This document shows positions 36,151-50,309 of a DNA stretch of 64,000 bases, one piece after another; the first letter of the stretch is position 1, and every line of letters begins with the position of its first letter. Source of the DNA: Nitrospirales bacterium (lineage in GTDB: Bacteria; Nitrospirota; Nitrospiria; Nitrospirales; UBA8639); assembly GCA_965203295.1 (NCBI GenBank), contig CBDBCZ010000016.1:1456110-1520109 (forward strand), given 5' to 3'. A model generated the notes under the pieces. It had not been told where the DNA came from, ran no database searches, and worked only from the letters and a program-made list of their open reading frames with translations. The position numbers and the translations under genes are program-made.

Positions 36151-38781
36151 GAATGTCATGAGAGGATAGATACATGAACGGTAACAATATTAAGATACCT
36201 GAAGAAATGATTCAATTGCCAACATTTTATTGGCTCCCCAAGATGCGCAAAACACCAGTAGGCAGTAGATTTATAGCTGCCTCAAGTAGCTGTACCACAA
36301 AACCATTATCTAAATTACTGACTACCTTCCTTATTATCCACCACTACAAAGAATATAATGAAGGGCTAACTAAAAAGTCGGGTGCAAATGGTTTTTGGAT
36401 TGTCAATAATTCTACACAGGTACTTAATAAATTGCGTAAACTGAATGACACTACTACAGCTAGTCACTTTGACAGTTTTGATTTTTCTACCTTTTATACT
36501 AATATCCCACACGACTTATTGATTGATTGCTTGGATAACTTAGTTAAAGAGGCCTATCGGGTTAGGGGTGCTACATATATTTCAGTAGGTTACAAAACCT
36601 TCTGGTCCGATAAAACCTATAGAGGGCATACTAACATTACTTTAGATAAGATTATAGAATACATACGATTTCTGATAAACAATATATACATTAAAGTTGG
36701 TAACAGAGTGTTTAAACAAACAATCGGAATACCTATGGGTACGGACTGTGCACCACTACTGGCTAACCTTTTCCTCTTTTTTTAGGAGTATAAGTACGTT
36801 AAAGATAAACTTAAAACTAATCCTAGTGAAGCTAGGCTGCTCAGACGTACTGTTAGATACATTGACGACTTGCTCACACTGAATAACCCCACCTTTGAAC
36901 AGGAAATACCAAAATATTTACCCCCCACAACTACAATTAAAGAAAACTACTGAAACTCCAGTGAAATTATCTTACTTGGATATCTGCATAGAAATAAAAG
37001 AAAGAAAATTTAAAACTTCGGTCTATGACAAAAGAGATGCCTTTAACTTTCATATACCGTAGAATCGAGAGTATAGCGACCCATCAATTACAGCAACCCC
37101 ATATGTAGAACAACCCGTCATCATTTCACCGCCCACTTCCTGAATAGTATGACCTCTCCAGTACAACAACCTCATGAATAATTTTACCTATCACAACTGT
37201 TATTACTGCAGCAACTGTTCTAAATATCCGTCTAAATTTCAAAATTCATTACTAACATTTGATAACCAGCGCTCAGCATGCAGCGTGTAGAGATCGAAAA
37301 ATGTAGTTTGCAAGGCTGCAAAACTCTTGCATGAAAGGCCATCATGTTTTCTAGAGTGAATCAAGACCTGGAGATACATTTTCCTGTGTTGGAGAACCTG
37401 GTAACCTCACAGTCCAGACGCAGTGATTGTGAAACTTAGCAATAGCAGCAATGTCGGCCATGTTCCAGACCTGCTCGCCCGTGTTTTGGCACCTATGCTG
37501 CAAGATAGAACGCATGGAGGGAACTGATTGCTACGCTCAATGCTACCCGCTTTATATTACCCCATAAAACATGAACCCCAGGAATATAACAACCCATTGG
37601 CTGTACTAATTCTGAATAGAACGACCGGTCGTTATACTCCCGATTCTACAGTAGTTAATTTTCCTTTCCTAGATAGTAATATCCCCACTAAGCCAGCATA
37701 CGGAGTTTATATCTCCCAGTTAGTAAGAATAGGTAGAATATGTGGCCAATATGAAGATTTAAGAATAGACACCACTTACTGGCTAATAGACTACTTAAAC
37801 AGGGCTATAAGTACGACCAATTATGTTTATATTTCAAAAGGTTTAGTAGTAAATATCTTTGCTAAATTTAAGGTGACCCTAAAAAAACATATTAAAGATA
37901 GTATACCACTGCCTCTAGCTACCATGGGAAGACTTAATAGACTGGTTACAGTTAGGTAACTAGCTAAATGTTAGTGGGGTGCTCTAGATAGGAAGAGGAA
38001 ATGATGTCACAGATTGTTTATATGTCTGTAGTTTTTGAATTTCTAGGCAGTTTTAACATTTGTAGTCAGTTTTTAGTTAGTTTTTGCAAGAGGAGTTTCA
38101 AGAACTGGATGGGGAGTATTTAACAAGGAGGAATGGTGTTGGGGTAAGATATAGAAGCTAGAGCCTAAAAGTGAGTTATATACAGCACCCTGTGGTTATG
38201 TAACAACATGCTATATAGGAGCTGGGCCCCGGGAGGGCTGGGGGCTGCTTGGTTCGGGGCCGCTTGACAATTTTTAAAGTTTCATAAGCTTTTTAACCTT
38301 TTTAACTTTTTGTAGGAGATTTCTCCGAAGGGTTTTTTTTAACAGAGGCAAGACCTATTTAGTCCCCTTTTTTAACCTTTTTAAGAAAATTTTTTAACTA
38401 TTTTTCAAATTTTTGACTTTCTGCGGTCACGGGCTGGGTGGTCTCTGGTTTTTTCCGGGTCCCGGGTTCCCTTGGTTACGATCGGAGCTTTTTCTACTCT
38501 TTCTATTCTTTTCTCTATTTCTCTATTTCATGATTTCTATTTTTCTACTTTCCATTTGGATTTTATTATGCCTGATTTGTAATATGCTCAATTAGATAAG
38601 TCATGTGTTTAACTAGATTGTAATATAAGGGGCTGCAGTAGTGTAGATATAGTTTCGTGGGTTAGGATAGGTATAAGGACTGTTTTAGGTTTTAGGCCTC
38701 AAGCTAGTGAGTGCAATAATAATGATTAGGATACCCTTTCAGTTTTCATGTATATTCAGTTTTCATGTATATTCCATAGCC
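36151..38781 (+). mobile_element. Penelope-like (Naiad-type) retroelement, copy 2 (same insertion, carried by segmental duplication)
   Basis: Same junctions and same internal MITE as copy 1; ORF pieces 36174-36785 and 37528-37959; GIPMGTDCAP intact. Confidence 0.85.
37057..37651. mobile_element. TA-TSD MITE inside RT, copy 2
   Basis: Same TIRs and insertion site as 10125-10724. Confidence 0.88.
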
Positions 38782-40652
38782 TTGTTTTACTTATTAAAGC
38801 TATATTAGGTACCATGAAGGGTAGTTTCCTGCATTAGGTATCCATAATATGTACAGGATAGACCTACACCCAACCGTACGTGTGTGCCATTATTATTCCA
38901 AGATAATGCCAAGGAATAAATACAAGACTTAGTGGGTTTATATGTATAGCAATTAGACTGTGGTTTGTACAGTATGAATGAGGTGTTTAAAATATCCACT
39001 AAGCACTTCATCATAATTATATATTTCATACAGAGAAATTGAAAGCTGGAAACCATAGTCAAAGCTGCATGGTTGGTGCCCTCAGGTAGGTATTTTAGCC
39101 GTTTAGAGACTGTCAGGATGTCCTTGGTGGTTATAGGTAGCATCATTCACGTCTCTAAAACGACTAGGATTGTCTGAGGGCCTAAGTTATACATGATATT
39201 AGAGTGGATTTGATCTCTTTGACCACATTATGTATGTGTATATTCTACTGTGTAGTAGCATAGCAAATTTCTTCCATAAGATTTTTAGAAACGAGAATGA
39301 CAGGTGTGGCTTTTACAGGGTCATGAATACATTAACAGCAGAGTTGGAGCGTATGATTGTTTACACATTATATGCGGTGGTCATCTTTTTCCTGCGCCAT
39401 CCCTACATATGGACTCCAGGAGTACTACTGTACTCCACTAGGGTGTATGCCTGAAGGTAGGCTAATGAGGGTTACATGTTGGCACCAGCAAGAGAGCAGC
39501 CATCATACATTTCAGGGACGCTGCCAAAGCCACTGGGTTTCTTACAAGGTGCTTTTTCATCTTCTCGCTTACCAAGTCTTCCATTTTCAAATTCTCATGA
39601 GCTCTGTGCCTAAAACATCTGACTTTGAGGTCCATTTCTTTGTGCCTCATTTTAGGTTTCCAACATGCGAGAAACTAGATAGCTATACTGCAACATTTCA
39701 AATGAAGCCACCAGTTCACCATCGTGAGTGCTGCATTAATATCACTGATGCTGTAGCACCTCATGCAAGCAATATGCTGCTAGAAACCTTAACAACCTAT
39801 CCTTGTTGCCTAGTTACCAGTGTTGATGCAGCATCATAGTGACTCTTAGTGACTCTTGGTGTTGTAGTCAGTGGCGTGGCTTACTGCCTGGCAACTGGTC
39901 AAGGCTAGTAAACATGCATGCATCTCCTGGGTGATTGTTTATACAGATAGGCTGTTCAAGTTCCTTCTGCAGTTGCCTCTGGCAAAAATACTGCCGCTTC
40001 CAGTACACAAAATGTTGTCCTGGAAATCCAGCAATCATCGTGTCTTGAAATCTCGCAATGTACACAAAGCATGCGAAATTTATTTCCGCAAAAGGGTTAA
40101 CTATGACAAAACCGCAGAAATTGTGCGCCTTGAAAATTTGCCGCTATGCGGTATTTAGCTAGTGATCTACATGCATCTATGGCAATTTCAGCAACATGCA
40201 GAAGGAGCTTGGACACCCTATTTGTACAAACAATCACCCAGGAGACTCACACATGTTTACTTGATGTTGGAGGAAAACGGTGAACTTAAGCAGTGATGGG
40301 TGGCTGAACCTCAGCATGCTAGTAGCTATTCGAGACCAACTTAAAGTGAGCCTTGCGCTACACGTAATCCTGAGATGGCAGTTGGTTATGAAAAGACAAT
40401 AACCAAAAACAGTATAGCTGATACAAGAAAAAGGTTATACCTACAAAACATAACAGGGTAGAAACGTGTATTGCTGCCTTATGTATTACATTGGTGATAA
40501 TGTTGCTACAATGTCAGTGAATAATGATGTTGACACAATGTACAGCTCAGCAAATAGTGTCAAAACATCCTACATGTGCATGTATAAAGAAGGCATGGGA
40601 GGAGTGTTAAACAGTGCCATTAATCAGCAACCAATACAGAGGTAGGCTAAAG

Positions 40653-41834
40653 CTACTGAACATAGAGTTCAATTACTTCAAGAGGAGTATCTTCCCGGCT
40701 CCTTGTCACACCAGGTCGCAATATACGATTGCCTGTTCGGAAGGAAGCACACAGTCTCACATCTATAGTATCAGTGGTGGGTGCAATGTCTGTGCGGAAG
40801 TAGGGAGTTCTGTTGAACTGACAGCAAGTGCTACGTCGCCCGCAACCTCTACCGTCCCACAGTGGGGCTTCAAGGTGAAATCGGTCGTCGGGCACGCCGG
40901 TGGCCTGGCTTCCGGTATCGCAGAAGAAATTTCTCCCAATATATGGTGGTACTAGAGGTAGTACATCTCCCGATGGTGTTTCTCCTTCCGTGCAGGGACA
41001 AGCTCTTTGTTTGTCCGCAAACTCGCTCTGTGCTGCTGCAAATGTCCAGATATGGGTACGATGTCCACTCTGTCCGTGGGTGATGCTAACTCCGTCGACA
41101 TATTCCTCATCGATAGTGGCATTGGTCTCATCGTAGTAGATGAATCCATCAGGTGCTTCACGTTGATACCCGATAACTTTACCACACACACGAGAGTACT
41201 CCACACCTTGCACACTGTAGGGAACAGCATCACAGCCTGGCATCCTGCGGTTTTCAACTCGGGTGCACAGCCTCCTTGAGCTGTCGCCTGGTGGTGAAAT
41301 TGTCACCAAAGGCTGGGGACAGGAGTTGCACTGGGTATTGTTCATGTTGAGATTGGCCACCCTCATCCACCCCCTGGAGCCACCACACGATCGGTCGTCA
41401 GCATGGACCTCCAGATCACAGTAGACCAGCACAGCATCACGTACCGTATTTCTTATCCAGTAGTTGCCAGAGGTTGCACAGGAGCAGCGGGCAGCCAGAT
41501 CCTGGCAGGAAGCTGCAGGGTTCTGAGGTGTTCCGATACTGCAGCACGAAAGAATGTTTGCTTCAAAGCTATCGCATGCACAGGTCCCTGGATCAACGAC
41601 ATTGGCACGAGGAGGTGGGGTCACGGTAGGGTCTTCACAGCAGTTACACCGCTTGTCTTGTAGTGTCGTGTTGATGTCGGTCAGCCGTCGTAGGATCTCT
41701 TGTGTTGAATTGTCGACTCCTCTGCACGAATGCTCTTCCATATCAACTGCTTCACACCTGTACAGTTGTTGGCTACTGACTGTGGTGAAAAGAACACCAC
41801 AGATAGCTAGGATCAGAAGTGCCTGGTTGAACAT
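40653..41834 (-). CDS. Copy E: same family, 393 aa (B type)
   Basis: Intact ORF; B-type N-terminus with private changes RRSTCC, NRTP, DTID. Confidence 0.9.
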   Translation of the reverse strand: MFNQALLILAICGVLFTTVSSQQLYRCEAVDMEEHSCRGVDNSTQEILRRLTDINTTLQDKRCNCCEDPTVTPPPRANVVDPGTCACDSFEANILSCCSIGTPQNPAASCQDLAARCSCATSGNYWIRNTVRDAVLVYCDLEVHADDRSCGGSRGWMRVANLNMNNTQCNSCPQPLVTISPPGDSSRRLCTRVENRRMPGCDAVPYSVQGVEYSRVCGKVIGYQREAPDGFIYYDETNATIDEEYVDGVSITHGQSGHRTHIWTFAAAQSEFADKQRACPCTEGETPSGDVLPLVPPYIGRNFFCDTGSQATGVPDDRFHLEAPLWDGRGCGRRSTCCQFNRTPYFRTDIAPTTDTIDVRLCASFRTGNRILRPGVTRSREDTPLEVIELYVQ

Positions 41835-42454
41835 TCTCTTTTTGCCAGTTGAGAAGTAGCGGATGGAGAATTGAAAGGGGTATATTTATCCACTTCGTTT
41901 AGTTAACAGTAAGATTTACTACTTTGTGACAAAAAGACTTTCATTTATATAGACTGAAAATGAATCTGCACATGTGCAGCATGCAGACCAAAAGTCCATG
42001 GTGTAAAAAGACTTCCAAATATGGCCATAGAATAGGTTTGGGTTCAAGTGTCTCTGTAATTGACAATTGTGCCACTTGTTTGTCTTACTTGTGGGGGAAT
42101 TAGAATTTGCCCCCTCTCTCCTGTTGCCTAGCTACCAGTTTTGGTACAGCATCATAGTGACCACACTTGGTATTCTCAGTCAGTGACGTAGCTTATTGCC
42201 TACGTTTGATTATGTCTGTGAGGGCAAACATCAGTTGGCAAAATCGTTTTACACATCCATGTTCACATCCTTTTTTCAACTTCGTACATTGCAAGGGACA
42301 TCCTGTTAGCTATCCTATATAGCTTCACATTCTGAGCTGATTTAGAATTTAGTTTTGTAGGGATGGCTGTATATGTGAAGCTATACATGTAGATTATATT
42401 GCACAAAATGACTTGTTTTACTCACCAAAGCCACACTTCAGGCTTAGGTACCAT

Positions 42455-42730
42455 TAGTCTCGTGACCAGCCCCACGTTAGAAAAGTGGGTCTGGCTCCCC
42501 ATATATTCAAAGTTGGGGCAGCAGTACATCATATTCCAGTGTAGTACATGCATGAAAACATTACATCACCAAACTGATAGAGTCCATGTGGCCACTAGTA
42601 TATATATATTATCCGGATACTGCAACCGTTTAGTGATATAATACTGGGACTGCTGACATAATGCTGCCCCAACTTTGAATATACGGGGAGCCAGACCCAC
42701 CTTTCTAATGTGGGGCTGGGCACGAGGCTA
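42455..42730. mobile_element. Paralogous copy of the outer TAG..CTA MITE, without the nested insertion
   Basis: Same TSD aggtaccat; a single tgtggccac inside. Confidence 0.88.
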
Positions 42731-45700
42731 AGGTACCATGAAAGAGAGTTTCCTTCATATAATTTAGTTAACCCACACTAGTACTGAGGCAAAATAAAAT
42801 GGATCGATCACAAATCTGTCTTCAAAGTGAGATTTTTAGCCACAGAACTCATGAGATTGGTAATTGAGGAGATGAAAATGTACCTTGCAAGGAGCCAAGT
42901 GGCCTTGGCAATGTACCTTGGGAAGCTGGCAATTATCCCTTGGGATTGAGGGTAAAAGTGTTGATAAAATTAAGTTGACATCCATTACTTTGCAGCTACA
43001 GCTTTGTCTACATCTGCAAGTGGACATCTTAATTTAGTCACTTATATAGGTTGACATTAAGGCTTAGCAATTTAGTTTAGCACACGATAGAATTTTTCCG
43101 TATGTGAAGTGATACAAATAAAACTAGATAAATATTTCAACCGAAACCACCAGTTTGCCATCATATAGTGAGTGCTGCAATAATATCACTGATTGACTAC
43201 ATGCCTGCATAAATTATACTAGATTACAGAAAGCTACCAGTGTATAGATTTAAGGAGTACATGAATATGTTTGTTGTTATCAACTACTCCTCCAGTACTG
43301 AGGTCCTTCCTGAAATGTATGATGGCTTCTCTCTTGCTGGTGCCAACGCGTAACACTCATTAGCATACCGTCAGGCATACATGTAGGACCTAGGAATATC
43401 GTGGAGTATAGTAGTACTACTGGAGTCGATATGTAGGGATGGCACAGGAAAAAAATGACCACCGCAAATGAGTGTTTTCTAAAAAATCTTTTTTCGGAAG
43501 CAATTTTTTATGGTATTATACACGTGCACAGTGTGGTCAAATAGATCAAATCCACTTGAATTAGTGCCCTCAGGCAATATTAGCTGTTTTAGAGATGTGA
43601 ATGATGCTACTTTTCAACCTATAACCACCAAGGGCATCCTGACAGTCTCTAAAAATACCTGCCTGAGAGCCCTAACCAGCTTTGACTATGGTTTCCCGTT
43701 TTCAATTTCTCGGTATGAAATATAACTTACCTTCTCACCTTCTCTGCATGCAAGTGGATGACAGCCCTCTCCTTGTTTAATGTATATTCGAAAAAAAAGA
43801 AAAGCGACATGCAGCTATAATTGTGTGATAATCTACAAGGGTTTCGGTATCTGTTTAAATATTGTATTCTCTGGAGGACAATAACCAGTTTGTGAAATTA
43901 ATGTTCACATGCAGTATTTTGTGGGACCAAACAACTCATTCTCTGCATGTGTATGCAAGTGGATGACAGCTCGCTCCTTGCACAACCATGGAAAATGGCG
44001 ACAGTGACATGCATCTCACAGTTTGTGTGATGGTATCTTTGCTGTTAGCAACATTGCAGATGTGTGGGAGTTTGAACACCCTATATGGATGGGGAAACAA
44101 TCACCCAGGAGACGCATACTTTTTGGAGTGTATACTAGCACTTGACTAGTGTTGCCTGGCACTATCAAGCTAGTGTCATGAGTCTCCTTGTTCATTTATT
44201 GACATTGGCTTTGTGGAGCACTGTAATTTCCTGGTAACTATATTGTGGGTGAAGCAATTGACAATTGTGGCACTTGTTTGGCTTACCTGTGACTCTGTAT
44301 GACTTAGCAAGCTTCAAAGTCTTAGCCAAAAAACAGGATGGTGTGGGTAGAAAAACCCTATCATGCTTCTCAAATTACACCCTCAAATTGTTGCCTAGTT
44401 ACCGGTTGTGATACAGCATCATAGTGACAGTCAATGACCTAGCTTATTGCCTGACAACTAGTCAAGACATGTATGTGACTCCTGGGTGATTGTTTATCCA
44501 TATAGGGTTTGAAACTCCTTCTGCATGTTACTGACAGCAAAGATATAAACTATAGATGTATGTCACTCTGCCATTTTTCAAATGTACATTTAGCAAAGAG
44601 CGAGCTGTAATCTACTTGCATGCACATACAAAGAATGAGTTGTTTGGTCCCACATTTTTCGGAAGTGTACAGTGCTGGTATATTTTGTTTTCTGCATGCA
44701 AGTAGATGACAGCCCTCTCCTTGTTAAATGTATACTCGGACAAAAAGCAAAGCGACATGCAGCTATAGTTTGTGTGATAAACTATAAGGTTTATGTATTC
44801 TTTTTAAAAAAGTCAGTTGGTAAAATAATTGTTCACATCTTACTTTGTAGCTTCATTGCAAGTGACACTTTGTTATCCCTCACATAAGTATTTTAGCAAC
44901 TGGTGGGCATCACAAATGTGGGCAAGTTGTATTGCATCTTCCAATGGTGTTTCTCTTTCTGTGAATGGACAAGCACTTTTTTGGCTGATGTACTGTCTCG
45001 TTCTGTGCAGCTACAAATGTCCTGATATGGGTAGTGGAGTCTAGGAACAAGGCTAGGGAAAAACATCCGGAATAACGTCCGGAAACGCTTGCAATGTAAT
45101 GGTTCAAGGGTCACTATAATTGACAGTTGGGCCACTTGTTTGGCTTGTATGTGACCTGTATGAGTGAGTAAAGTAGCTCATGCAATGTGGGGGAAATGTG
45201 CTACCTAGGAAACCTTATTTCCTAGTTACCAGTGTTGATACAGCATCATACTGACTCTGGACCATATTTGGAATTGTGTATAAACATTGAATGAAGTAGC
45301 GTATTGCCTGGCAACTACATGTAGTCAAAGCTAGTATGCATACATGAGTCTCCTGGGTGATTGTTTATTGACATTGACTTTGTTTTGGAGCACTGTACAT
45401 TTCCTGGCAAAACAAGCAATTGACAATTGTGGCACTTGTTTGGCTTACCTGTGACTCTGTATGACTTAAGCAAGCTTCAAAGTCTTAACCAAAAAACATG
45501 ATAGTGTGGGTGGAAAATCCTGCCATGGTTCTCAAATTACACCCTCAAAGCGTTGCCTAGTTACCAGTTATGATACAGCATCATAGTGACAGTCAGTGAC
45601 CTAGCATATTGCCTGGCAACTAGTCAAGACATGTATGTGACTCCTGGGTGATTGTTTATCCATATAGGGTTTTGATTTGCCTTGTGCATGTTGCTGACAG

Positions 45701-48016
45701 CAAAGATACCATTACACAAACTGTAGCTGCATGTCACTCCGCCATTTTCCATTTAGCAAGGAGCGAGCTGTCATCTACATGTACTTACTTGCACATGCAG
45801 AGAATTAGTTGTTTGATCCCACCTTCTCTGCATGCAAGTGGATGACAACCCTTTCTTTGTTAAATGTATATTCGGACAAAAAGCGAAGCGACTTGCACCT
45901 ATAGTATTCTATAAGGTTTCAGTATCTGTTGAATTATTGTGAGGACTAAAGTCAGTTGGTAAAATTAATGTTCACATTCATTACTTTGTAGCTTCATTGC
46001 AAGTGACACCCTGTTAGCTATATCGCTTCACATTCTGAGCTGCTTCAGAAATTAGTTTTGCACTGGATAGAATTTTTCTGTATGTGAAGCCATACATGTA
46101 GCTTCCTTTGCTCATCAAAGCCACGTTAAAGAGTAGTTTCCTGCATTAGGTAACCACAATATGTACAGGATAGACCTACACCCAACCGTTGGTTGTGTGC
46201 CAGTGTTATTCCGAGGCAAAGCCAAGGAATAAATACAAGTGGGTTTAGCTATTATGTGTAGCACTTGCTCTGTGATTTGCACAATATAAATAAGTTGTAG
46301 ACACCTCATCATACCGTACGTATAAAGCGCTCATGGGCAGGGAACCTTAGAATGCAGCGGAAAAGGGGGGTGGGCACTTACTACGTATTCGTCCGCAAAC
46401 GGCATGTAGTATCTGCCCACCACCCTGGAAGTGAGGAATCTTCACCATAATATATTTTCTACCATGAACGTTTGATTATTATATTCCATTGAGGTAAAGT
46501 CAATGTGAACGTTTGATTATTATATTCCATTGAGGGTAAAACTGTTGATAAATGTTTACTTTTATAGGTGTGTACAGTTCCTTGAACCACTACATTGTAA
46601 ATAGGTTTTTATCCCCTTATACAGGCAAATAGGTTTCACTCCCCTTTCTTCCGCTTATAGGGAACGTTTTCCGCTTAGAGGGAACCTTCCCTCTAAGCGA
46701 AAGTGGGCTGGCCCGCGAGACTAGTCTGGGACAGTATGGCCTAGGATCCATCTGTTGCCTCACTTGATTCCCAAAGCCTGGCACACTAAATGAGACTCCA
46801 TGCATACCAAATCGGTTAGGTACCCGACGGACTGAAGGTGTGGTCAGCTGGAACGATACTGCCCTTTAGCTTTGTGCTTCGGTAGATATCACATGGCACA
46901 TGCAGGTTTCCGCTGGGGGCAAGATCCAAAGGTTACGCATTTTTTTTATTGACAAGTCTGACAGCAGTATATAACAGTTGACAAACAGATTTGTTTGGGA
47001 GGAGTCAGACTCCTCCCCTAAGACAAGTAGCTCAAGGGTCATGATGGTTCACAACTACAAAGGAAGATTTGCCATGGAGGCATCATCAATGGATGCAAAG
47101 GCATGCTCAGCAGGAGTGCCATTCACCAACTCTGCAGGGATCTGCTAGAAACTCACTGGCATGACTAAACTCTGCCACTTTGCTCAGCAATAGGCACATT
47201 AGTCAATGAAGATATTGCTAGCCATCAAACTGGACTAAGGTCCTGTAAGTGTGATCAAGCTAGCCACTCAACAGCAAATATGAAGTGGGTATGGCTCTAG
47301 CAAAGGGGTTACCACTAATTGTCCTGATTGTGCATGGGGTTCAAGACTGTTTGAGCTATAGGCCTAGGCTAGTTCATACCTATCACTGCTATCAATACAT
47401 ACAGATGTGCCATGCAGGAATGCAATGGAAGTGGGAGGGACAGGAATGTTAGATTATGCCCTTTACCCATGTTAACTGCATGAACAGCAAAGGAAAACCC
47501 TTTCCATGATTCTGTGAAATTAATAAAGTAAGCCAGAATTAATCTTACAATTTAGTAGTAGTTAGTAGGTTGCCAAAAGCAGTAAACCTCTACATGCATG
47601 TCAGCTGAATTTCAGCGACAAGCAGAATGAACTTGAACGCCCTATTTGTATAAGAAGACTCACACATTTACTTGTTGTTGGGGGGAAACAGTGAACTTAA
47701 GCAGTGATGGGAGGCTGAACCTGAGCATGCTAGTAGCTATGCGAGACTAACTGCGGTAAAGTGAGGCTTGCGCATACGTAATTCAGAGATGCCAGTTGGT
47801 TACGGAAAGACAATAACAAAAAACAGTATAGCTGATACAAAAAAAACGTACGAAGTGGAAACATATATTGCTACCTTAATAATAATGTGAATGTTGACAC
47901 AATGTACAGCTCAGTAAATACTCAAATACATGTGCATGTATAAAGAAGGCATGAGAGCAGTGTTAAACAGTTGTATAAGTGCCATTAATCAGCAACAATA
48001 CAGAGGTAGGCTGAAG

Positions 48017-49189
48017 CTACTGAACGTAGAGTTCAATTACTTCAAGAGGAGTATCTTCCCGGCTCCTTATCACACCAGGTCGCAATATACGATTGCCTGT
48101 TCGGAAGGAAGCACACAGTCTCACATCTATATTATCAGTGGTGGGTGCAATGTCTGTGCGGAAGTAGGGAGGTCTGTTGAACTGACAGCAAGTGTTACGT
48201 CGCCCGCAACCTCTACCGTCCCACAGTGGGGCTTCAAGGTGAAATCGGTCCTCTGGCACGCCGGTGGCCTGGCTTCCGGTATCACAGAAGAAATTTCTCC
48301 CAATATATGGGGGTACTAGAGGTAGTACATCTCCCGATGGTGTTTCTCCTTCCGTGCAGGGACAAGCTCTTCTACTGTCCGCAAACTCGCTCTGTGCAGC
48401 TGCAAATGTCCAGATATGGGTACGATGTCCACTCTGTCCGTGTGTGATGCTAACTCCGTCGACATATTCCTCATCGATAGTGGCATTGGTCTCATCATAG
48501 AAGATGAAACCATCAGGTGCTTCACGTTGATACCCGATAACCTTACCACACACGCGAGAGTACTCCACACCTTGCACACTGTAGGGAACAGCATCACAGC
48601 CTGGCATCCTGCGGTTTTCAACTCGGGTGCACAGCCTCCTTGAGCTGTCGCCTGGTGGTGAAATTGTCACCAAAGGCTGGGGACAGGAGTTGCACTGGGT
48701 ATTGTTCATGTTGAGATTGGCCACCCTCATCCACCCCCTGGAGCCACCACACGATCGGTCGTCATCATGGACCTCCAGATCACAGTAGACCAGCACAGCA
48801 TCACGTACCGTATTTCTTATCCAGTAGTTGCCAGAGGTTGCACAGGAGCAGCGGGCAGCCAGATCCTGGCAGGAAGCTGCAGGGTTCTGAGGTGTTCCGA
48901 TACTGCAGCACGAAAGAATGTTTTCTTCAAAGCTATCGCATGCGCAGGTCCTGACATTGGCACGAGGAGGTGGGGTTACGGTAGGGTCTTCACAGCAGTT
49001 ACACTGCTTGTCTTGTAGTGTCGTGTTGATGTCGGTCAGCCGTCGTAGGATCTCCTGTGTTGAACTGTCGATTTCTTCTCTGCACGAATGGTCTTCTACT
49101 TCAACTGCATTGCACCTGTACAGTTGTTGGCTACTGACTGTGGTGAGAATACCACAGATAGCTAGGATCAGAAGTACCTTGTTGAACAT
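48017..49189 (-). CDS. Copy F: same family, 390 aa, protein identical to C
   Basis: Intact ORF at offset 24145 from C. Confidence 0.88.
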   Translation of the reverse strand: MFNKVLLILAICGILTTVSSQQLYRCNAVEVEDHSCREEIDSSTQEILRRLTDINTTLQDKQCNCCEDPTVTPPPRANVRTCACDSFEENILSCCSIGTPQNPAASCQDLAARCSCATSGNYWIRNTVRDAVLVYCDLEVHDDDRSCGGSRGWMRVANLNMNNTQCNSCPQPLVTISPPGDSSRRLCTRVENRRMPGCDAVPYSVQGVEYSRVCGKVIGYQREAPDGFIFYDETNATIDEEYVDGVSITHGQSGHRTHIWTFAAAQSEFADSRRACPCTEGETPSGDVLPLVPPYIGRNFFCDTGSQATGVPEDRFHLEAPLWDGRGCGRRNTCCQFNRPPYFRTDIAPTTDNIDVRLCASFRTGNRILRPGVIRSREDTPLEVIELYVQ

Positions 49190-50235
49190 TCTCTTTTCTC
49201 AAGTGAGGAGTAGCTGATGGAGAATCGAAGCTGGTATATTTATCCACTTTGTTTAGGTAGCTGTGAGATTTGCTGCCTTGTGACAAAAAGACATTCATTT
49301 ATATAGTCTCAAAATGAATCTGCACAAGTGGCAAGAGTCCACAGTGCAAAGAAAAGACTTCCAAATATGGCCTGGATGGTGTAATTGACACTTGTTTGGC
49401 TTGGTTGTGATGCTGTATGACTGAAGCAAGCTTCATAAAACATGATGGTGTGGTTTGAAAAATTCTTCTCAACTTACAGAGTGTTGCCTAGTTACCAGTT
49501 ATCACAGTGACAGTCAGTGACCTTGCTCATTGCCTGGCAACTAGTCAAGGCTAGTAAACATGTATGCATCTCCTGGGTGATTGTTTATGCACATTGTGTT
49601 TTCAAGCTCCTTCTGCAGTTGCTGGTGGCAATTATATAGAAATACTGTTTGCGATTCATGGGTCAACACATAGGCAGTTGTAAATGTGATGAAGTACGAC
49701 TAAAACAAGCTTCAAAGGCGTAAGCTAATCAAAACAACCTGATGAGATAGGCACATCTCAAATTCTGCTACAAGTGGCTCGTGGAACAAAGTCTAGAATG
49801 TGGTTACCTAACAAATTATTATATACCTATTGCACAGCCTCAGGACACTGCACCATGAAGCAAAATAAGTGGTAATGCAGAAAGCATACCAGTTTGGGGG
49901 GGGGGGATACATATGTATATGTATATGAAGACAGTAGTCTTCTGGAAGCCTTGACTATATAGTTGCCAGGCAGTATACATGTATAAGAGTGATTGTTTAT
50001 ACACCACCCCAAATATGGTCTGGAGTCAACAGAAAGAATTATGGTGCCCATCAAAGCTGGTAACTAGGCAACTGATATAGGTATGGTTCCTAGGTAGCCA
50101 CCTATGTCATCATGGTCAGGTTTGTCTCATGGTGATCAGTTTGACTCATACAACAGGTCTGACTCATAAATCACATTGCAAACTCTTCGGAGATGATAAG
50201 CTTTCTGAAAGAGTAAAGATATCACAAAAAAAATG

Positions 50236-50309
50236 GGACCCAGCTGGGGATTGAATCCAGGACCTTCTGAATACTAGTCAGATGCTCTTACCAACTGAGC
50301 TACTGGAGC
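50236..50309 (-). tRNA. tRNA-Thr(AGT)-like sequence, duplicate
   Basis: Same as 26091-26164 at offset 24145. Confidence 0.6.

Larger units (their letters stand above)
22431..39855 (+). repeat. Segmental duplication, first copy (matches 46576 to near the window end)
   Basis: ORF coordinates and translations recur at exactly +24145 from 22431 to 39710; then a 111-bp deletion in the second copy at 63855/63856. Confidence 0.95.

Noticed and set aside
39357..39839. 160-aa ORF
   Set aside because: Frameshifted in the paralogue at 12430-12859 and partly deleted at 63502; no domain recognised
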